Virus record (IMG/VR): IMGVR_UViG_3300036760_000361
Location: 1 to 56,147 of that record
Origin: a virus
Lineage: Duplodnaviria > Caudoviricetes
Reading direction: 5' to 3' (one strand)
Length of the DNA: 56,147 nt
Numbering within the stretch: the first letter of the stretch is position 1; each line of letters starts with the position of its first letter. Below the pieces are notes generated by a model. That model had not been told where the DNA came from and ran no database searches. It worked only from the letters and a program-made list of their open reading frames with translations. The translations under genes and the position numbers were made by a program. This document shows, in pieces, positions 47,232 to 56,147 of the stretch.

Positions 47232-48239
47232 CTACAGAGCTGTTACAGCACACTCCAATCTTGCAAGCCAAGCATCATTCAATATAACTGCTGTCTGCAT
47301 TGTTTTCCAACCGATACCGCCCTTCTGACCAAGAATATCACCAGCAACGGGCTTTGGGTTTACCACTGAGGGGGTAATTGCATACTGACCCTTTAACGCA
47401 ATGGTTCCAAATGCATCTCTTGCAAGATATATAACTGGATAAATGTCAGCATGTGAAGCATCGTCTGACAACATTGCTACACCACTGCCATTATAAGAAG
47501 CACCAGCAACATCCGAACCAAGCCAGTAAGGAGCTAACTGGGTAAGTAGATACCTACAGTCCTCAACTGCACCAATTTCGGCTTCATAAGGAGTTTGCTG
47601 TCCATAGTCCTTAACATCTATAAAACCAGGCATTGACCGAATATCAGATTCCATATTGGTATGTGCAACTGCTATAAAAGAAGGAAGCACACTTTCTGTA
47701 TTAAACGCTGGGGTTGATTTTAGTACCGTGGTAATTTTCACAGCGTTCTGAGCCTTCAATGCACGAGTAACTGCTCTCTGTTTTGCAAGAGAAACGGGTG
47801 TATTAACGGCTGTTCTTGCTGCACCATTAGCATAGAACACGTTGGTTCCTGCCTTTAGTACATTAAACCTAATTGTTTCGACTGTCATTGCAGCCTGTTC
47901 ACCCATAAGACCCACAGATTCTTGGATTATTGGGTCTTCATGTGTATCTGCAACAACATCAGTAACTTCAATTACCGAACCATACTGTTTCAGTGTTGCT
48001 ATAATATCCGTAAAATTCAGTTTAAGACTTGAAGGAGAAACACCCTCTACCAGGGGTGTGGTTGCCAATGGGAGATGTTCATATCTCCTAAACTTCATAC
48101 TCATGGTCTTATTGGCTGGAAGGGCTTTAGCCTGAGCAAACCTTTCAAGAACCATGTATGGCATACCCCTTTTAAGCAAATCTACTACTACAAAAGCTGC
48201 TGTTCTGGGGGTGATGTCTCCGTATGTGTTAATAGTCAT
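47232..48239 (-). CDS. Major capsid protein, N4-gp56 family
   Basis: YGDITPRTAA...KFRRY...PL.EGV.P...L.QYG...EIG.VE..R...D.LGQ.G..GWK...ILNDAW.ARLE.A. Confidence 0.92.
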   Translation of the reverse strand: MTINTYGDITPRTAAFVVVDLLKRGMPYMVLERFAQAKALPANKTMSMKFRRYEHLPLATTPLVEGVSPSSLKLNFTDIIATLKQYGSVIEVTDVVADTHEDPIIQESVGLMGEQAAMTVETIRFNVLKAGTNVFYANGAARTAVNTPVSLAKQRAVTRALKAQNAVKITTVLKSTPAFNTESVLPSFIAVAHTNMESDIRSMPGFIDVKDYGQQTPYEAEIGAVEDCRYLLTQLAPYWLGSDVAGASYNGSGVAMLSDDASHADIYPVIYLARDAFGTIALKGQYAITPSVVNPKPVAGDILGQKGGIGWKTMQTAVILNDAWLARLECAVTAL

Positions 48240-48254
48240 TTTATATTTCCTCCA

Positions 48255-49229
48255 TTATTTTTTCTTAGCTGTCTCCTTTTCATAGACTTCCATAGCTTCA
48301 TTAAAAGCACCTTCAAAATCTTCTGCTTTCTTAGTACCGCTACCACCGATTGGTCTCTTTTTTGGATTAACAGCTTCCATTGATTCTAATTTTCTTTGTT
48401 TTTCTTCATCTGCCCTTATTTCCTCTTCTGTTTTTGCAGGAGCATTTTCGGGCATAAGTTCTTCTTTCTTTTTCAGGGGAATATTGTTGGCTTCTTTGTA
48501 TTTTGTTATCAAATCAATAACTTCCCCTGTGTTACCATCTTCCAATATTGCCTTATATTCTCTATGTTTTATTCCAGAGAGAGAATCTACCCATGCTTCA
48601 ATTTCAGGTCTATCGAAGTCAACCCCGTAATCTTCATGTGCATCAAGAATAGAAACTGCATGTTCCATTTCTTCGTTTGTTTCTTTTTCTTTTAAAAACC
48701 TTTGAACCTGCTCTTGGGTTGCTCCAAATTCTTCCCTAATTTTAGTAATAATAGATTCTATTAAAACATTTTGTTCTTTTTTCCTGAGTTTTGCTTCGTT
48801 CTTGGCAACAATATCATATTCTTCTAAGTATTTTATTAACTCAGGGTCTTCTTCGTCAAGTGGTTCGGGTTTAGGTTCTATCTTTAAATCAGGCTTAGGC
48901 TCTTTGAGTTTATTAATTTCTTCCTCTAAGGCCATCCTTCTTTTGGCTTCGCTTTCAAACATACCCTGTAGGGTTTTGTATTTCTGCTCAAAATCCCCTA
49001 CTTTGGGTGGTGTTTTTGGGCTTGGCTCTGGTTTAACCTCACCTTCCTTACCCTTAACATCTTCTTCCTTTTTAGCTTCACCTTCCTTATCTTCTGATTT
49101 AGATTCTCCTTCTGCTTTAGGTTCAGTAACTTCGGCTGCTTCTTCCTTGCCTTTTACTTCCCCTCCAACAGCTTCGGCAAATGCACCATCAAAAGTTTCT
49201 TCTGGTTTTAATTCTTTTTCTTCGGACAT
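48255..49229 (-). CDS. Putative capsid scaffolding protein
   Basis: Glu/Lys-rich, FDGAF at both ends, EQKYKTLQGM; directly upstream of the capsid gene. Confidence 0.8.
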   Translation of the reverse strand: MSEEKELKPEETFDGAFAEAVGGEVKGKEEAAEVTEPKAEGESKSEDKEGEAKKEEDVKGKEGEVKPEPSPKTPPKVGDFEQKYKTLQGMFESEAKRRMALEEEINKLKEPKPDLKIEPKPEPLDEEDPELIKYLEEYDIVAKNEAKLRKKEQNVLIESIITKIREEFGATQEQVQRFLKEKETNEEMEHAVSILDAHEDYGVDFDRPEIEAWVDSLSGIKHREYKAILEDGNTGEVIDLITKYKEANNIPLKKKEELMPENAPAKTEEEIRADEEKQRKLESMEAVNPKKRPIGGSGTKKAEDFEGAFNEAMEVYEKETAKKK

Positions 49230-49246
49230 TTTTTGTCTCCTTAATT

Positions 49247-49452
49247 AAAAAGGCTACGGAATCTCGGCTTTACCAAGCCCTTTCCATAGCCCGATTTTTT
49301 CGATACTATTTATATAAAAAACTAACTTAATTTCTGAGGGGGGTCAAGCCCCCCTTCTTATTTGAGTTTGCGAGACGCCTCCCGCTTTCCTCCCCCACTG
49401 AGGCTTGCGATTTGTCAGGGTAATTGTAGGATTCCCCTTGTTTGTCGCAACC
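49247..49452 (-). ncRNA. Candidate structured RNA leader ending in a terminator-like hairpin
   Basis: Four GC-rich stems in an AT-rich genome; the last is followed by UUUUU just before the scaffold RBS. Confidence 0.55.
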
Positions 49453-49461
49453 TTTATCCTA

Positions 49462-49629
49462 TTATTCAAGAGCCTTTAGAACCTTCTCAAGAATTTTTCT
49501 CATTTGAGCCTTATCTTTAATCGTTTCCTCTTTCTTTAGATAAATTGATTTTCCATCTTCGAGACCAATAATTATCTTACCATAATAGCCATCCTCAAAA
49601 ACTACTTCTTTTTTAGCTAATTTTTGCAT
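49462..49629 (-). CDS. 55-aa YezD/DUF2292-like protein (not in the track)
   Basis: MQKLAKKEVVFEDGYYGKIIIGLEDGKSIYLKKEETIK...; YG.I.I...DGK......ETIK pattern; GAGG RBS. Confidence 0.6.
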   Translation of the reverse strand: MQKLAKKEVVFEDGYYGKIIIGLEDGKSIYLKKEETIKDKAQMRKILEKVLKALE

Positions 49630-49651
49630 AATTATCCCTCACGCTATATAT

Positions 49652-49681
49652 ATTATAACATATAAGGTAATTTTAAGTCAA
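49652..49681 (-). promoter_or_regulatory. Sigma70-type promoter for the head genes
   Basis: TTGACT-18 nt-TATAAT with extended TG. Confidence 0.7.
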
Positions 49682-49683
49682 AA

Positions 49684-49899
49684 CTAATCCTTCTCAATGT
49701 ATTCAATTTTCCTTATAAGCTCATTAAGTTCTCTTATACCACCCTGATTTAGATATATTTCATCTATATGGGCAGTATCATTATGTTCCCTGAGACATGA
49801 AATCCTATATTTTAACAAATCTATGAACGCAAGCTTAGATTCGTAGCCCAATCCTCTTATTTTCTCAATAATTTTCTCTTTTTCAAGCTTGCTTTGCAT
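49684..49899 (-). CDS. Small protein downstream of the portal gene
   Basis: Overlaps the portal stop; QG.I.EL..L motif. Confidence 0.7.
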   Translation of the reverse strand: MQSKLEKEKIIEKIRGLGYESKLAFIDLLKYRISCLREHNDTAHIDEIYLNQGGIRELNELIRKIEYIEKD

Positions 49900-51823
49900 T
49901 TTGACCCCCCTTAAGTGTATTTATTACTTCCAAATCGGACTTAATTCCAGTTCCAGCAGCTTTCGAATCCATGTGTGTAGCCTTAGCCCTGTCATAAAGT
50001 ATCTCAGAAGATAACTTTTCTTTTACCAGCCTGTCTAATTCTTCATCTCTTTGTGATGCCTGCTCTTTTGCTACTTCTTCGTCTGTTTTTATCCAGTCTG
50101 TTGGGTCTAAATCAAGTATTTTAGCCTTTTGTAGTAAAAATTTGCCAGGTTTTATATACATTCTCTCCTCTGGGGTCAACGTTTGTGTAAAATAAGCCAC
50201 ACGTTGGGTTAAAATTTCCTTGGAAAGAAGAGTTGTTACGCCCTTTGCCTCTGTCTGAAAGTCTCCTTTTATGTAATCTTTGTCATTATACATCATATTC
50301 CATTGATATAACGAATTTATTACGCTATTACTACAATCATCCCACTGTTTTACTATCTCCTTAACGGTGATTATCCTTGATGATGCCCTCATAGAAGCCT
50401 CACCTAAGCTCTGACGTGTTGGTTGCTCTATTTCTTCCTGTGGATAGAGTGCAAAAGAAATCTCCATTTCTCCCATTTCCTTAGATTTATCAACAATTTT
50501 TAGCAACTCAGAAACATGGGAATCAAATTGCAAAGACCTAACTGCTGGAATTTGAGCATCAATGCTTCTACCTGTCCTTTTCCATACCCTTCTGGCTCTA
50601 AAATCATCTGGGTCTTCGCCCTCTTCCAGTAAATCAGTGTTAACTTCTACTTGTGGTGCAGCACAAATCGCACCATTATCCAGTGTCATTCTCATTGCAG
50701 AACACATAGTTTGCTGGGTATCTCTTAAGATAGTAGGCAATCCAGTACCAAAAATGCTTGTTTCGTCCTTCTCAAAATAGAACAAATGATACAATGGTTC
50801 TATGTATTCACTTTTTTCTATTTTTATCACACGATTACCAAGGAGCCAAATATCGCACATAACTTCATCAACTTCAGTTTCTTCACTGATTAATCCAGCT
50901 TCCCTTAAATCATCAACATCAACATATCCATGTCTGGTATAAACTTCATACCTATTAGACCTCGTCGTATCCTTAAACTCATTAGTGTCCATCTGGTTGA
51001 GGTCTAATTCCCACTGCTCATACTTTGCATCACCTTTTGGGTTATCTCTTAGGTATGCAGTTATTACATCGCCATAGAATCTATCTTTTTTGGCAAGTTT
51101 CTTTAGTTGATGCTTTGTTAATATCATCCTTTCCCATTCAAATTCAAGGTTATCTTTTTCAGTAGTGTCCATATCGGGATAATAATCCCAAATTCTTGTA
51201 TTCTCAAAGTATGGAACATATACGTCTTTTGAAACTTGCTTATATTGTCCGTTTTCAATAACTATTTCATTTGATTTTGATTTTCTTGTTTGTATTCCCT
51301 TGATAATTCCAGTTCCATATTTTAAAGCAGAATTGATAGTCTCCTTCACAATATAATCATACTTAATATCTGCAAGCTGGTCTTCCATTTCCAATTCCAT
51401 TTCCTTGCATTTTTTTTCTGCAAGGTTCTTAATTGAAGAATCAACCAATTCCATTGAAGGTTCAAGACCAGACTTTTTTAGTTCTGCAATTATTCCAGTC
51501 AAATCCTCATTACTTACTGTAGGTTTTGGTGTTGGTTTTATTCCCCAGTTCTTATCATTATCTGGAATAATAATATTCTGCAATCCAGCCTTCCATTGAT
51601 GAATTTTAAATCTTGTATATTTAACAAATACCTTTGATGCATTTGGATGAATCTTTGCAAGAATTTCTGGGTCATATTGTCCCCTGGTCTGTCTTAATGA
51701 CCTTACCCATTCATCTTCCTTGGGACGTCTTAATAATTTAGTGTAATCAAGTTCCTTTTTATAATAAATACCAAGGTTATCTATTCTATCGTGCTGCTCT
51801 TTTATTAGACCATATAAATCCAT
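49883..51823 (-). CDS. Portal protein
   Basis: About 646 aa after terL; YGTGIIK, IWDYYPD, SIFGTGLP...DN......PQ.EVN; start probably ATG 51823. Confidence 0.88.
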   Translation of the reverse strand: MDLYGLIKEQHDRIDNLGIYYKKELDYTKLLRRPKEDEWVRSLRQTRGQYDPEILAKIHPNASKVFVKYTRFKIHQWKAGLQNIIIPDNDKNWGIKPTPKPTVSNEDLTGIIAELKKSGLEPSMELVDSSIKNLAEKKCKEMELEMEDQLADIKYDYIVKETINSALKYGTGIIKGIQTRKSKSNEIVIENGQYKQVSKDVYVPYFENTRIWDYYPDMDTTEKDNLEFEWERMILTKHQLKKLAKKDRFYGDVITAYLRDNPKGDAKYEQWELDLNQMDTNEFKDTTRSNRYEVYTRHGYVDVDDLREAGLISEETEVDEVMCDIWLLGNRVIKIEKSEYIEPLYHLFYFEKDETSIFGTGLPTILRDTQQTMCSAMRMTLDNGAICAAPQVEVNTDLLEEGEDPDDFRARRVWKRTGRSIDAQIPAVRSLQFDSHVSELLKIVDKSKEMGEMEISFALYPQEEIEQPTRQSLGEASMRASSRIITVKEIVKQWDDCSNSVINSLYQWNMMYNDKDYIKGDFQTEAKGVTTLLSKEILTQRVAYFTQTLTPEERMYIKPGKFLLQKAKILDLDPTDWIKTDEEVAKEQASQRDEELDRLVKEKLSSEILYDRAKATHMDSKAAGTGIKSDLEVINTLKGGQNAKQA

Positions 51824-52004
51824 TTTACCTTTCCTCCATACAGCCATCACATTCTTCTTTTTTATCACACGCTTTTAATTCACAAGTATTACAGAATGTT
51901 TTTCTAAATATTTTATCATAATTTTTATCATATAATTTTGTCTTTGGGGTTATTTTCCAGTCTCTTTTGTTAAACCCAAATTTCCCAAGGTCTTCTTTCA
52001 TAAC

Positions 52005-53417
52005 CTAATATCCTCCTATGCTTGGAACAATATATGTACTCTTCTTTTTATTTAAACTTTGTCTTCTGCTCATTTTTTCCATTAAATTTCTGTAATATAA
52101 TGCTGCATACGATAATGCTTCCATTATATGCGAATATCTATTTTTCTTAGGGATGCCCCTCTTGTCCTTAACATATCCAGCATTAAATGCACGCCTTATA
52201 GTTTTACACGTTGGTGAACATTGTAATGCTGGTTTTCCATATTCCTTTAGGTCTTGCAAGAAGAAATTAATTGCATCTATTCTTGCAGTAGGTGAATTAC
52301 TGGAGGCAAGTTGAACATACCATCCTTCCTTGGACAAGACCTGAAAGCATGTTCTTTCATCTACTTGACTTCTAACCTTAACAGCATTTGGGTCTCCAAT
52401 AATGATGACTTTTGCATCTCTATATTTCTGTATCAATAATGGTTTTAATTTATTTTTTATAAATCTCTCTACTCCCATTTCTTCACTTACTAATTCATCT
52501 AATATATTAAAATTACCTAATGGATTAAATTGAGTAATAGCACAAGCTGGAGTTAATCCAAAGTCAAATCCTATTACTAAATCAAATCCCCTTAGAAAAC
52601 CTATCTCTTCCTTTGCCATGTGCAGATGGTCAACCCATGTTGCACCAAATACAGGTTCACCTTCCCTTACAAATCCATATTGATTCTCAAGATAAACCTT
52701 AACAAAATCCGCATCCTTACCATGCAGCATATTTTCATAATATCCAGGTTGAAGATTTTTTACATTCTCCGATTCTGGAGACAATGCCGATGGCTGAATA
52801 AACTGTTCCCATCCCTCTGGTGGTGGTTTTTCTCCATCAAAAATCTCATGCCACCAAGAATCTTCATCTGGTGCATTTGTGTCCATTATAATTCCATATC
52901 TCGTAGCACCACCATCTCTCATGGATGGATACCTTGGTATACGGGAATCTATTAAATCTATAATTCCTTTCGGAACTTCCCTGGCTTCATTTATCCACGC
53001 ACCAGTCATTTCAACAGAAAGAAGATTCCCAATATCGTCTTCGTCATCTAATGCTCTGAAGCAAAATTCTATTTCTGTATCTTTAAATTTAGTTATAAGA
53101 TAATTTTTATCTGTTCTATTATAATGACCAAATAATTTTTCTGGTAACCAATGGAATACAGTCCTTATAGTTGAATCTTTGAGCTGGCGGTAGGAATTTC
53201 TTACTATAAACCATCTTGTCCTTCTTACTCCATCCACTGGCGATGGTTGCTGTTGAAGTCCTAATCTTACGAGTTCCCAGACCATGGCTGATGATTTTCC
53301 AGAACCAATAACTCCCCTAACCCCACGAACCCTTGCCTTTGATTCAGCAAATCGCTTTAGTGTTGGAACATCATCATAGGAGTATACTATTATATTTTTA
53401 TTTTCAGTTTCTTCCAT
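52005..53417 (-). CDS. terL: Terminase large subunit
   Basis: Walker A GVIGSGKS, Walker B TGAWINEARE, MDTN coupling motif, GFDFGLTPA nuclease motif, SH..EAL.Y. Confidence 0.95.
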   Translation of the reverse strand: MEETENKNIIVYSYDDVPTLKRFAESKARVRGVRGVIGSGKSSAMVWELVRLGLQQQPSPVDGVRRTRWFIVRNSYRQLKDSTIRTVFHWLPEKLFGHYNRTDKNYLITKFKDTEIEFCFRALDDEDDIGNLLSVEMTGAWINEAREVPKGIIDLIDSRIPRYPSMRDGGATRYGIIMDTNAPDEDSWWHEIFDGEKPPPEGWEQFIQPSALSPESENVKNLQPGYYENMLHGKDADFVKVYLENQYGFVREGEPVFGATWVDHLHMAKEEIGFLRGFDLVIGFDFGLTPACAITQFNPLGNFNILDELVSEEMGVERFIKNKLKPLLIQKYRDAKVIIIGDPNAVKVRSQVDERTCFQVLSKEGWYVQLASSNSPTARIDAINFFLQDLKEYGKPALQCSPTCKTIRRAFNAGYVKDKRGIPKKNRYSHIMEALSYAALYYRNLMEKMSRRQSLNKKKSTYIVPSIGGY

Positions 53418-53914
53418 TATTCTACTTTCTCTCCATCAACCTCAACTTTAACATTCTGTTCTTTATTTAAACCTATTATATTTACAATAACCCCCTGCTT
53501 TTGTTCTTGCTCTGGTCTGGACATCTCAGCCTTCAATAAACTAATTAAGAGTTTATAATATTCCTTTCTGTTGTTATTCACTAACTTACCTTCTTCATTT
53601 ACATATCCAGTTACCCACGAAACCAATTCATCTACACCACCACTTTTTTCAAAAGCATCAATAAATGCTTGCTTGACAAGATTTGATGCTGACCTTATAT
53701 CTGTCATTAATGCATCAACTTTTTCCTTGACTGTTTTATCAATGCTTTCATCAATACGCTTATCCACTTCCTTGGAAAGACCATCTACTTTTTCCTCAAT
53801 CTGTCTGGTCTTTTCATCAAGGAGTTTCTTACGTCTTGCTTCTCTTGCTTTCTCTATATTTTTTATTCTCCAGCTTGGTATAATCGGTTTAACTGGAACT
53901 ACATCGTTTGACAT
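53417..53914 (-). CDS. Putative terminase small subunit
   Basis: Coupled upstream of terL; AF...GGVD.LV.W...YYKL motif. Confidence 0.65.
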   Translation of the reverse strand: MSNDVVPVKPIIPSWRIKNIEKAREARRKKLLDEKTRQIEEKVDGLSKEVDKRIDESIDKTVKEKVDALMTDIRSASNLVKQAFIDAFEKSGGVDELVSWVTGYVNEEGKLVNNNRKEYYKLLISLLKAEMSRPEQEQKQGVIVNIIGLNKEQNVKVEVDGEKVE

Positions 53915-53926
53915 TAACTATAACCC

Positions 53927-54349
53927 CTACAATAAAATTGCACCAATTATTGCACCTAACCCCATAAAACTCAATGCATCTGTAACCTTACTAAAAAATG
54001 ATGGCTTTGAATTTTTTATCATTTCGCCATATAAATCCTTCTGTGTTTTGAGAAGATTATCATATTCTTTATTAGTTTTTTCAAGGACATTAATTTGCTT
54101 ATCCTTGAGTTCGATAACCTGTTTAAGCAAATCAATCTGTTTTTCGAGTTCATTGTTTCCTTCCTTAAGCAATGCATTTTCTTTTTCCATTATTTTTGCT
54201 TTTTCCAATTCAACAACAATATTTCCTGCTGTTTGCTGGTCAAAACAAATATCGTCTGACGCAGCACATTTACCAATACATAACAATAGAAAAAGTATAA
54301 CAGCCATTAATATATATGCACCTATATAATTATTTGGTCGCATATCCAA
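53927..54349 (-). CDS. Membrane-anchored coiled-coil lysis accessory (spanin-like)
   Basis: N-terminal signal with Cys, coiled coil, C-terminal TM segment. Confidence 0.55.
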   Translation of the reverse strand: MDMRPNNYIGAYILMAVILFLLLCIGKCAASDDICFDQQTAGNIVVELEKAKIMEKENALLKEGNNELEKQIDLLKQVIELKDKQINVLEKTNKEYDNLLKTQKDLYGEMIKNSKPSFFSKVTDALSFMGLGAIIGAILL

Positions 54350-54656
54350 GCCTCCCGAACCTTTCCTTTATTTCATTTACGCTACTCGGCGGTTTAATGT
54401 TATGTTCCTGTTGTTCCAATGCACTAAGTTTTTTCTTGAGATTATTATACTTTTTTTGACTTTCAGATAATTGGGCTTTAATTAATTCAACCTTTCCATT
54501 CAACTCAATTATCTTATCATTCTTTTCTTTTAAAATTTCCTTTTCTCTATTTTCAACAATATAATCTATGAGCTTTAGGTCTGGTCTATATTTCATATAG
54601 GAACCAACTATAAGAAATAATGCTATGAAAGCAATTAATATATATATTATCTTCAT
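54330..54656 (-). CDS. Inner-membrane spanin-like protein
   Basis: N-terminal TM plus coiled coil, in the lysis cluster. Confidence 0.55.
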   Translation of the reverse strand: MKIIYILIAFIALFLIVGSYMKYRPDLKLIDYIVENREKEILKEKNDKIIELNGKVELIKAQLSESQKKYNNLKKKLSALEQQEHNIKPPSSVNEIKERFGRLGYATK

Positions 54657-54769
54657 CTTAATAAAACCCATCCTTTTATTTTTTTATTTTTATTGATTCT
54701 AATATACTTAATTTTGAATGTATCTTATTAATCTCAGATTTAACCTCTACCTGTTCCTTACTTCTTTTG

Positions 54770-55156
54770 CTATTCTTTTTCATATCTCAATTTTGAAAGA
54801 TTATCAATTCTCGTGGTAATACTTTCAAGTCCTCCTTTCACGGTTCTATAAAGTTCTGCCATATCATTTCTATGTATATTTTCAAGCCTATCTGTCTGCC
54901 TTCTAAGTTCCGCACACGTTGCATATTTTTCTGGAAACATTTTATGACATTCATAACATTCAACTTTAAATTTGTCAAATTCTGCCTTTACTACAAAATG
55001 CTCATCATGTAATTCTCTATTCTTAACTTGAAAATCCCTAAAGGTTTTTTCAGTAACAAATTTTAAATCCGAAACCTTTTTAAGAAACAAGCCAACTATA
55101 ACCGCAAGCACACTTCCCATTATAGGATAAATCATGGGACTTAACCAAGTAGGCAT
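54770..55156 (-). CDS. Membrane protein in the lysis cluster
   Basis: N-terminal TM, C-terminal RID.L coiled coil. Confidence 0.55.
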   Translation of the reverse strand: MPTWLSPMIYPIMGSVLAVIVGLFLKKVSDLKFVTEKTFRDFQVKNRELHDEHFVVKAEFDKFKVECYECHKMFPEKYATCAELRRQTDRLENIHRNDMAELYRTVKGGLESITTRIDNLSKLRYEKE

Positions 55157-55815
55157 TTATACTTCCCTGCTTTTTTGATTACTAATTCAGGATATTCATT
55201 TCTCATCTTACCGAGTTCCCTGCCATATAGTAATTTTTTTTCATAATTCATTTCCACAGAATCAAGACCATCAAACCACTTATCGGGCTGGCAACCTAAA
55301 GTCTGTTTGCATAATGCTCTTCTTTGTATCACTGTACCAGTTCCAGCATTATAGCAAACCAAAGCACCAGCCCATTTGTCTATGGTGGTTTTCATAAATT
55401 TCATTTTAGTGAAATTACTTTTATCTGTCAGAACTAAATAAATAAATTGATACCTTGCCTCAAAACGATTTTCCCAACTCCACGCAGATAATGCCTTGAT
55501 ATTCTTTTTTGCTTCAAGAAAATTATTGAATCTATCTGTTACTGTAATCTGAGCAAAACCAAATCCATATTCCCTTGATGTTTTTAGTTCTGCCCTGATA
55601 ATCCATCGGCTTTCTTGCTCTGTTTGTCCAAGCATATAATGTTCACTCTTTACGTCTGTCCAGTATTTATGAACAACTTCCTGGAATATATGTGTATATG
55701 GCTTTGCTTTTTCCAGCATAGTTGCAGAAAATGATTGCTCAACCCATACTATAAGCCATAGAAATATCACTATCCCAGTAACAATAACCCATACTTTTAA
55801 TGACTCTTTATTCAT
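55141..55815 (-). CDS. Endolysin, lytic transglycosylase (SLT) with an N-terminal membrane anchor
   Basis: QTEQES catalytic Glu, GFAQI and YNAG motifs. Confidence 0.88.
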   Translation of the reverse strand: MNKESLKVWVIVTGIVIFLWLIVWVEQSFSATMLEKAKPYTHIFQEVVHKYWTDVKSEHYMLGQTEQESRWIIRAELKTSREYGFGFAQITVTDRFNNFLEAKKNIKALSAWSWENRFEARYQFIYLVLTDKSNFTKMKFMKTTIDKWAGALVCYNAGTGTVIQRRALCKQTLGCQPDKWFDGLDSVEMNYEKKLLYGRELGKMRNEYPELVIKKAGKYKCLLG

Positions 55816-55919
55816 TTCTTATCCTTGATTTCCCATCTATGCTCTATGACTTTAAATACCCAATGATTTCCTGTGATATGTACCCAGCCATATTTACAGT
55901 AATGTATCTTCCAAAACTT

Positions 55920-56147
55920 TCCACAGCTTTCCTTGTGTATACATTCAATACTTTCTCTCATCGAAATATTTATCACACTTTCCTAAGGGATTTACTTCAT
56001 GTGGTAAATACGCCTCTCCGAAACGATGAAGCCTATATAGTCTGCACCCTAGACCCGCATAGGTTTCGTGATAACTACAATTTAAACAACATTCTAAATC
56101 CTGAATAATATAATTTTCTCTTTCATCAATCTCAAATTTTTCTTCTT
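55920..56147 (+). repeat. Terminal direct repeat, right copy
   Basis: Matches 1-228 with one mismatch. Confidence 0.97.

Larger units (their letters stand above)
1..56147. mobile_element. Complete or near-complete tailed bacteriophage genome (Caudoviricetes, probably podovirus-like), unit length about 55,919 bp
   Basis: Terminase, portal, capsid, lysis and replication modules in two divergent arms; terminal redundancy; no host housekeeping genes; no tape-measure or sheath gene recognised, while large ejection-like proteins are present. Confidence 0.95.

Noticed and set aside
49247-49452. tRNA or a known riboswitch/ribozyme
   Set aside because: No cloverleaf or T-loop and no consensus I could match; kept only as an unknown structured RNA

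Overview
This window is an apparently complete, AT-rich tailed dsDNA bacteriophage genome of about 55,919 bp. Bases 1-228 are repeated at 55920-56147 with one synonymous mismatch, so the contig is circular or permuted. The + strand (about 3.6-24.65 kb) carries early and replication genes: SprT-like protease, radical SAM enzyme, DUF7178-like protein, JAB-domain protein, hexapeptide-repeat pair, primase, SSB, Rad52/Sak, Cas4-like nuclease, O-like initiator, DnaB-type helicase, phosphoesterase, nucleotide-handling enzymes, HNH and DUF4326. The - strand (1.7 kb, wrapping through 56 kb down to 24.8 kb) carries lysis, terminase, portal, scaffold, N4-gp56-type capsid, short-tail, ejection and fibre genes. 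I recognised no integrase, repressor, DNA/RNA polymerase, tRNA or CRISPR array. The most notable signals are: (1) an in-frame UGA at a conserved Cys of DUF4326, followed by a bacterial-SECIS-shaped hairpin (candidate phage selenoprotein); (2) two sigma54-type promoters, one with an IHF site, ahead of early genes; (3) an 18-bp palindrome at two origin-like loci that share a 30-bp inverted repeat around the early region; (4) a 22-bp-period palindromic array of about 16 units; (5) a promoter, small YezD-like ORF, structured RNA and terminator in front of the scaffold/capsid genes. All family assignments come from recognising motifs by eye, not from database searches.
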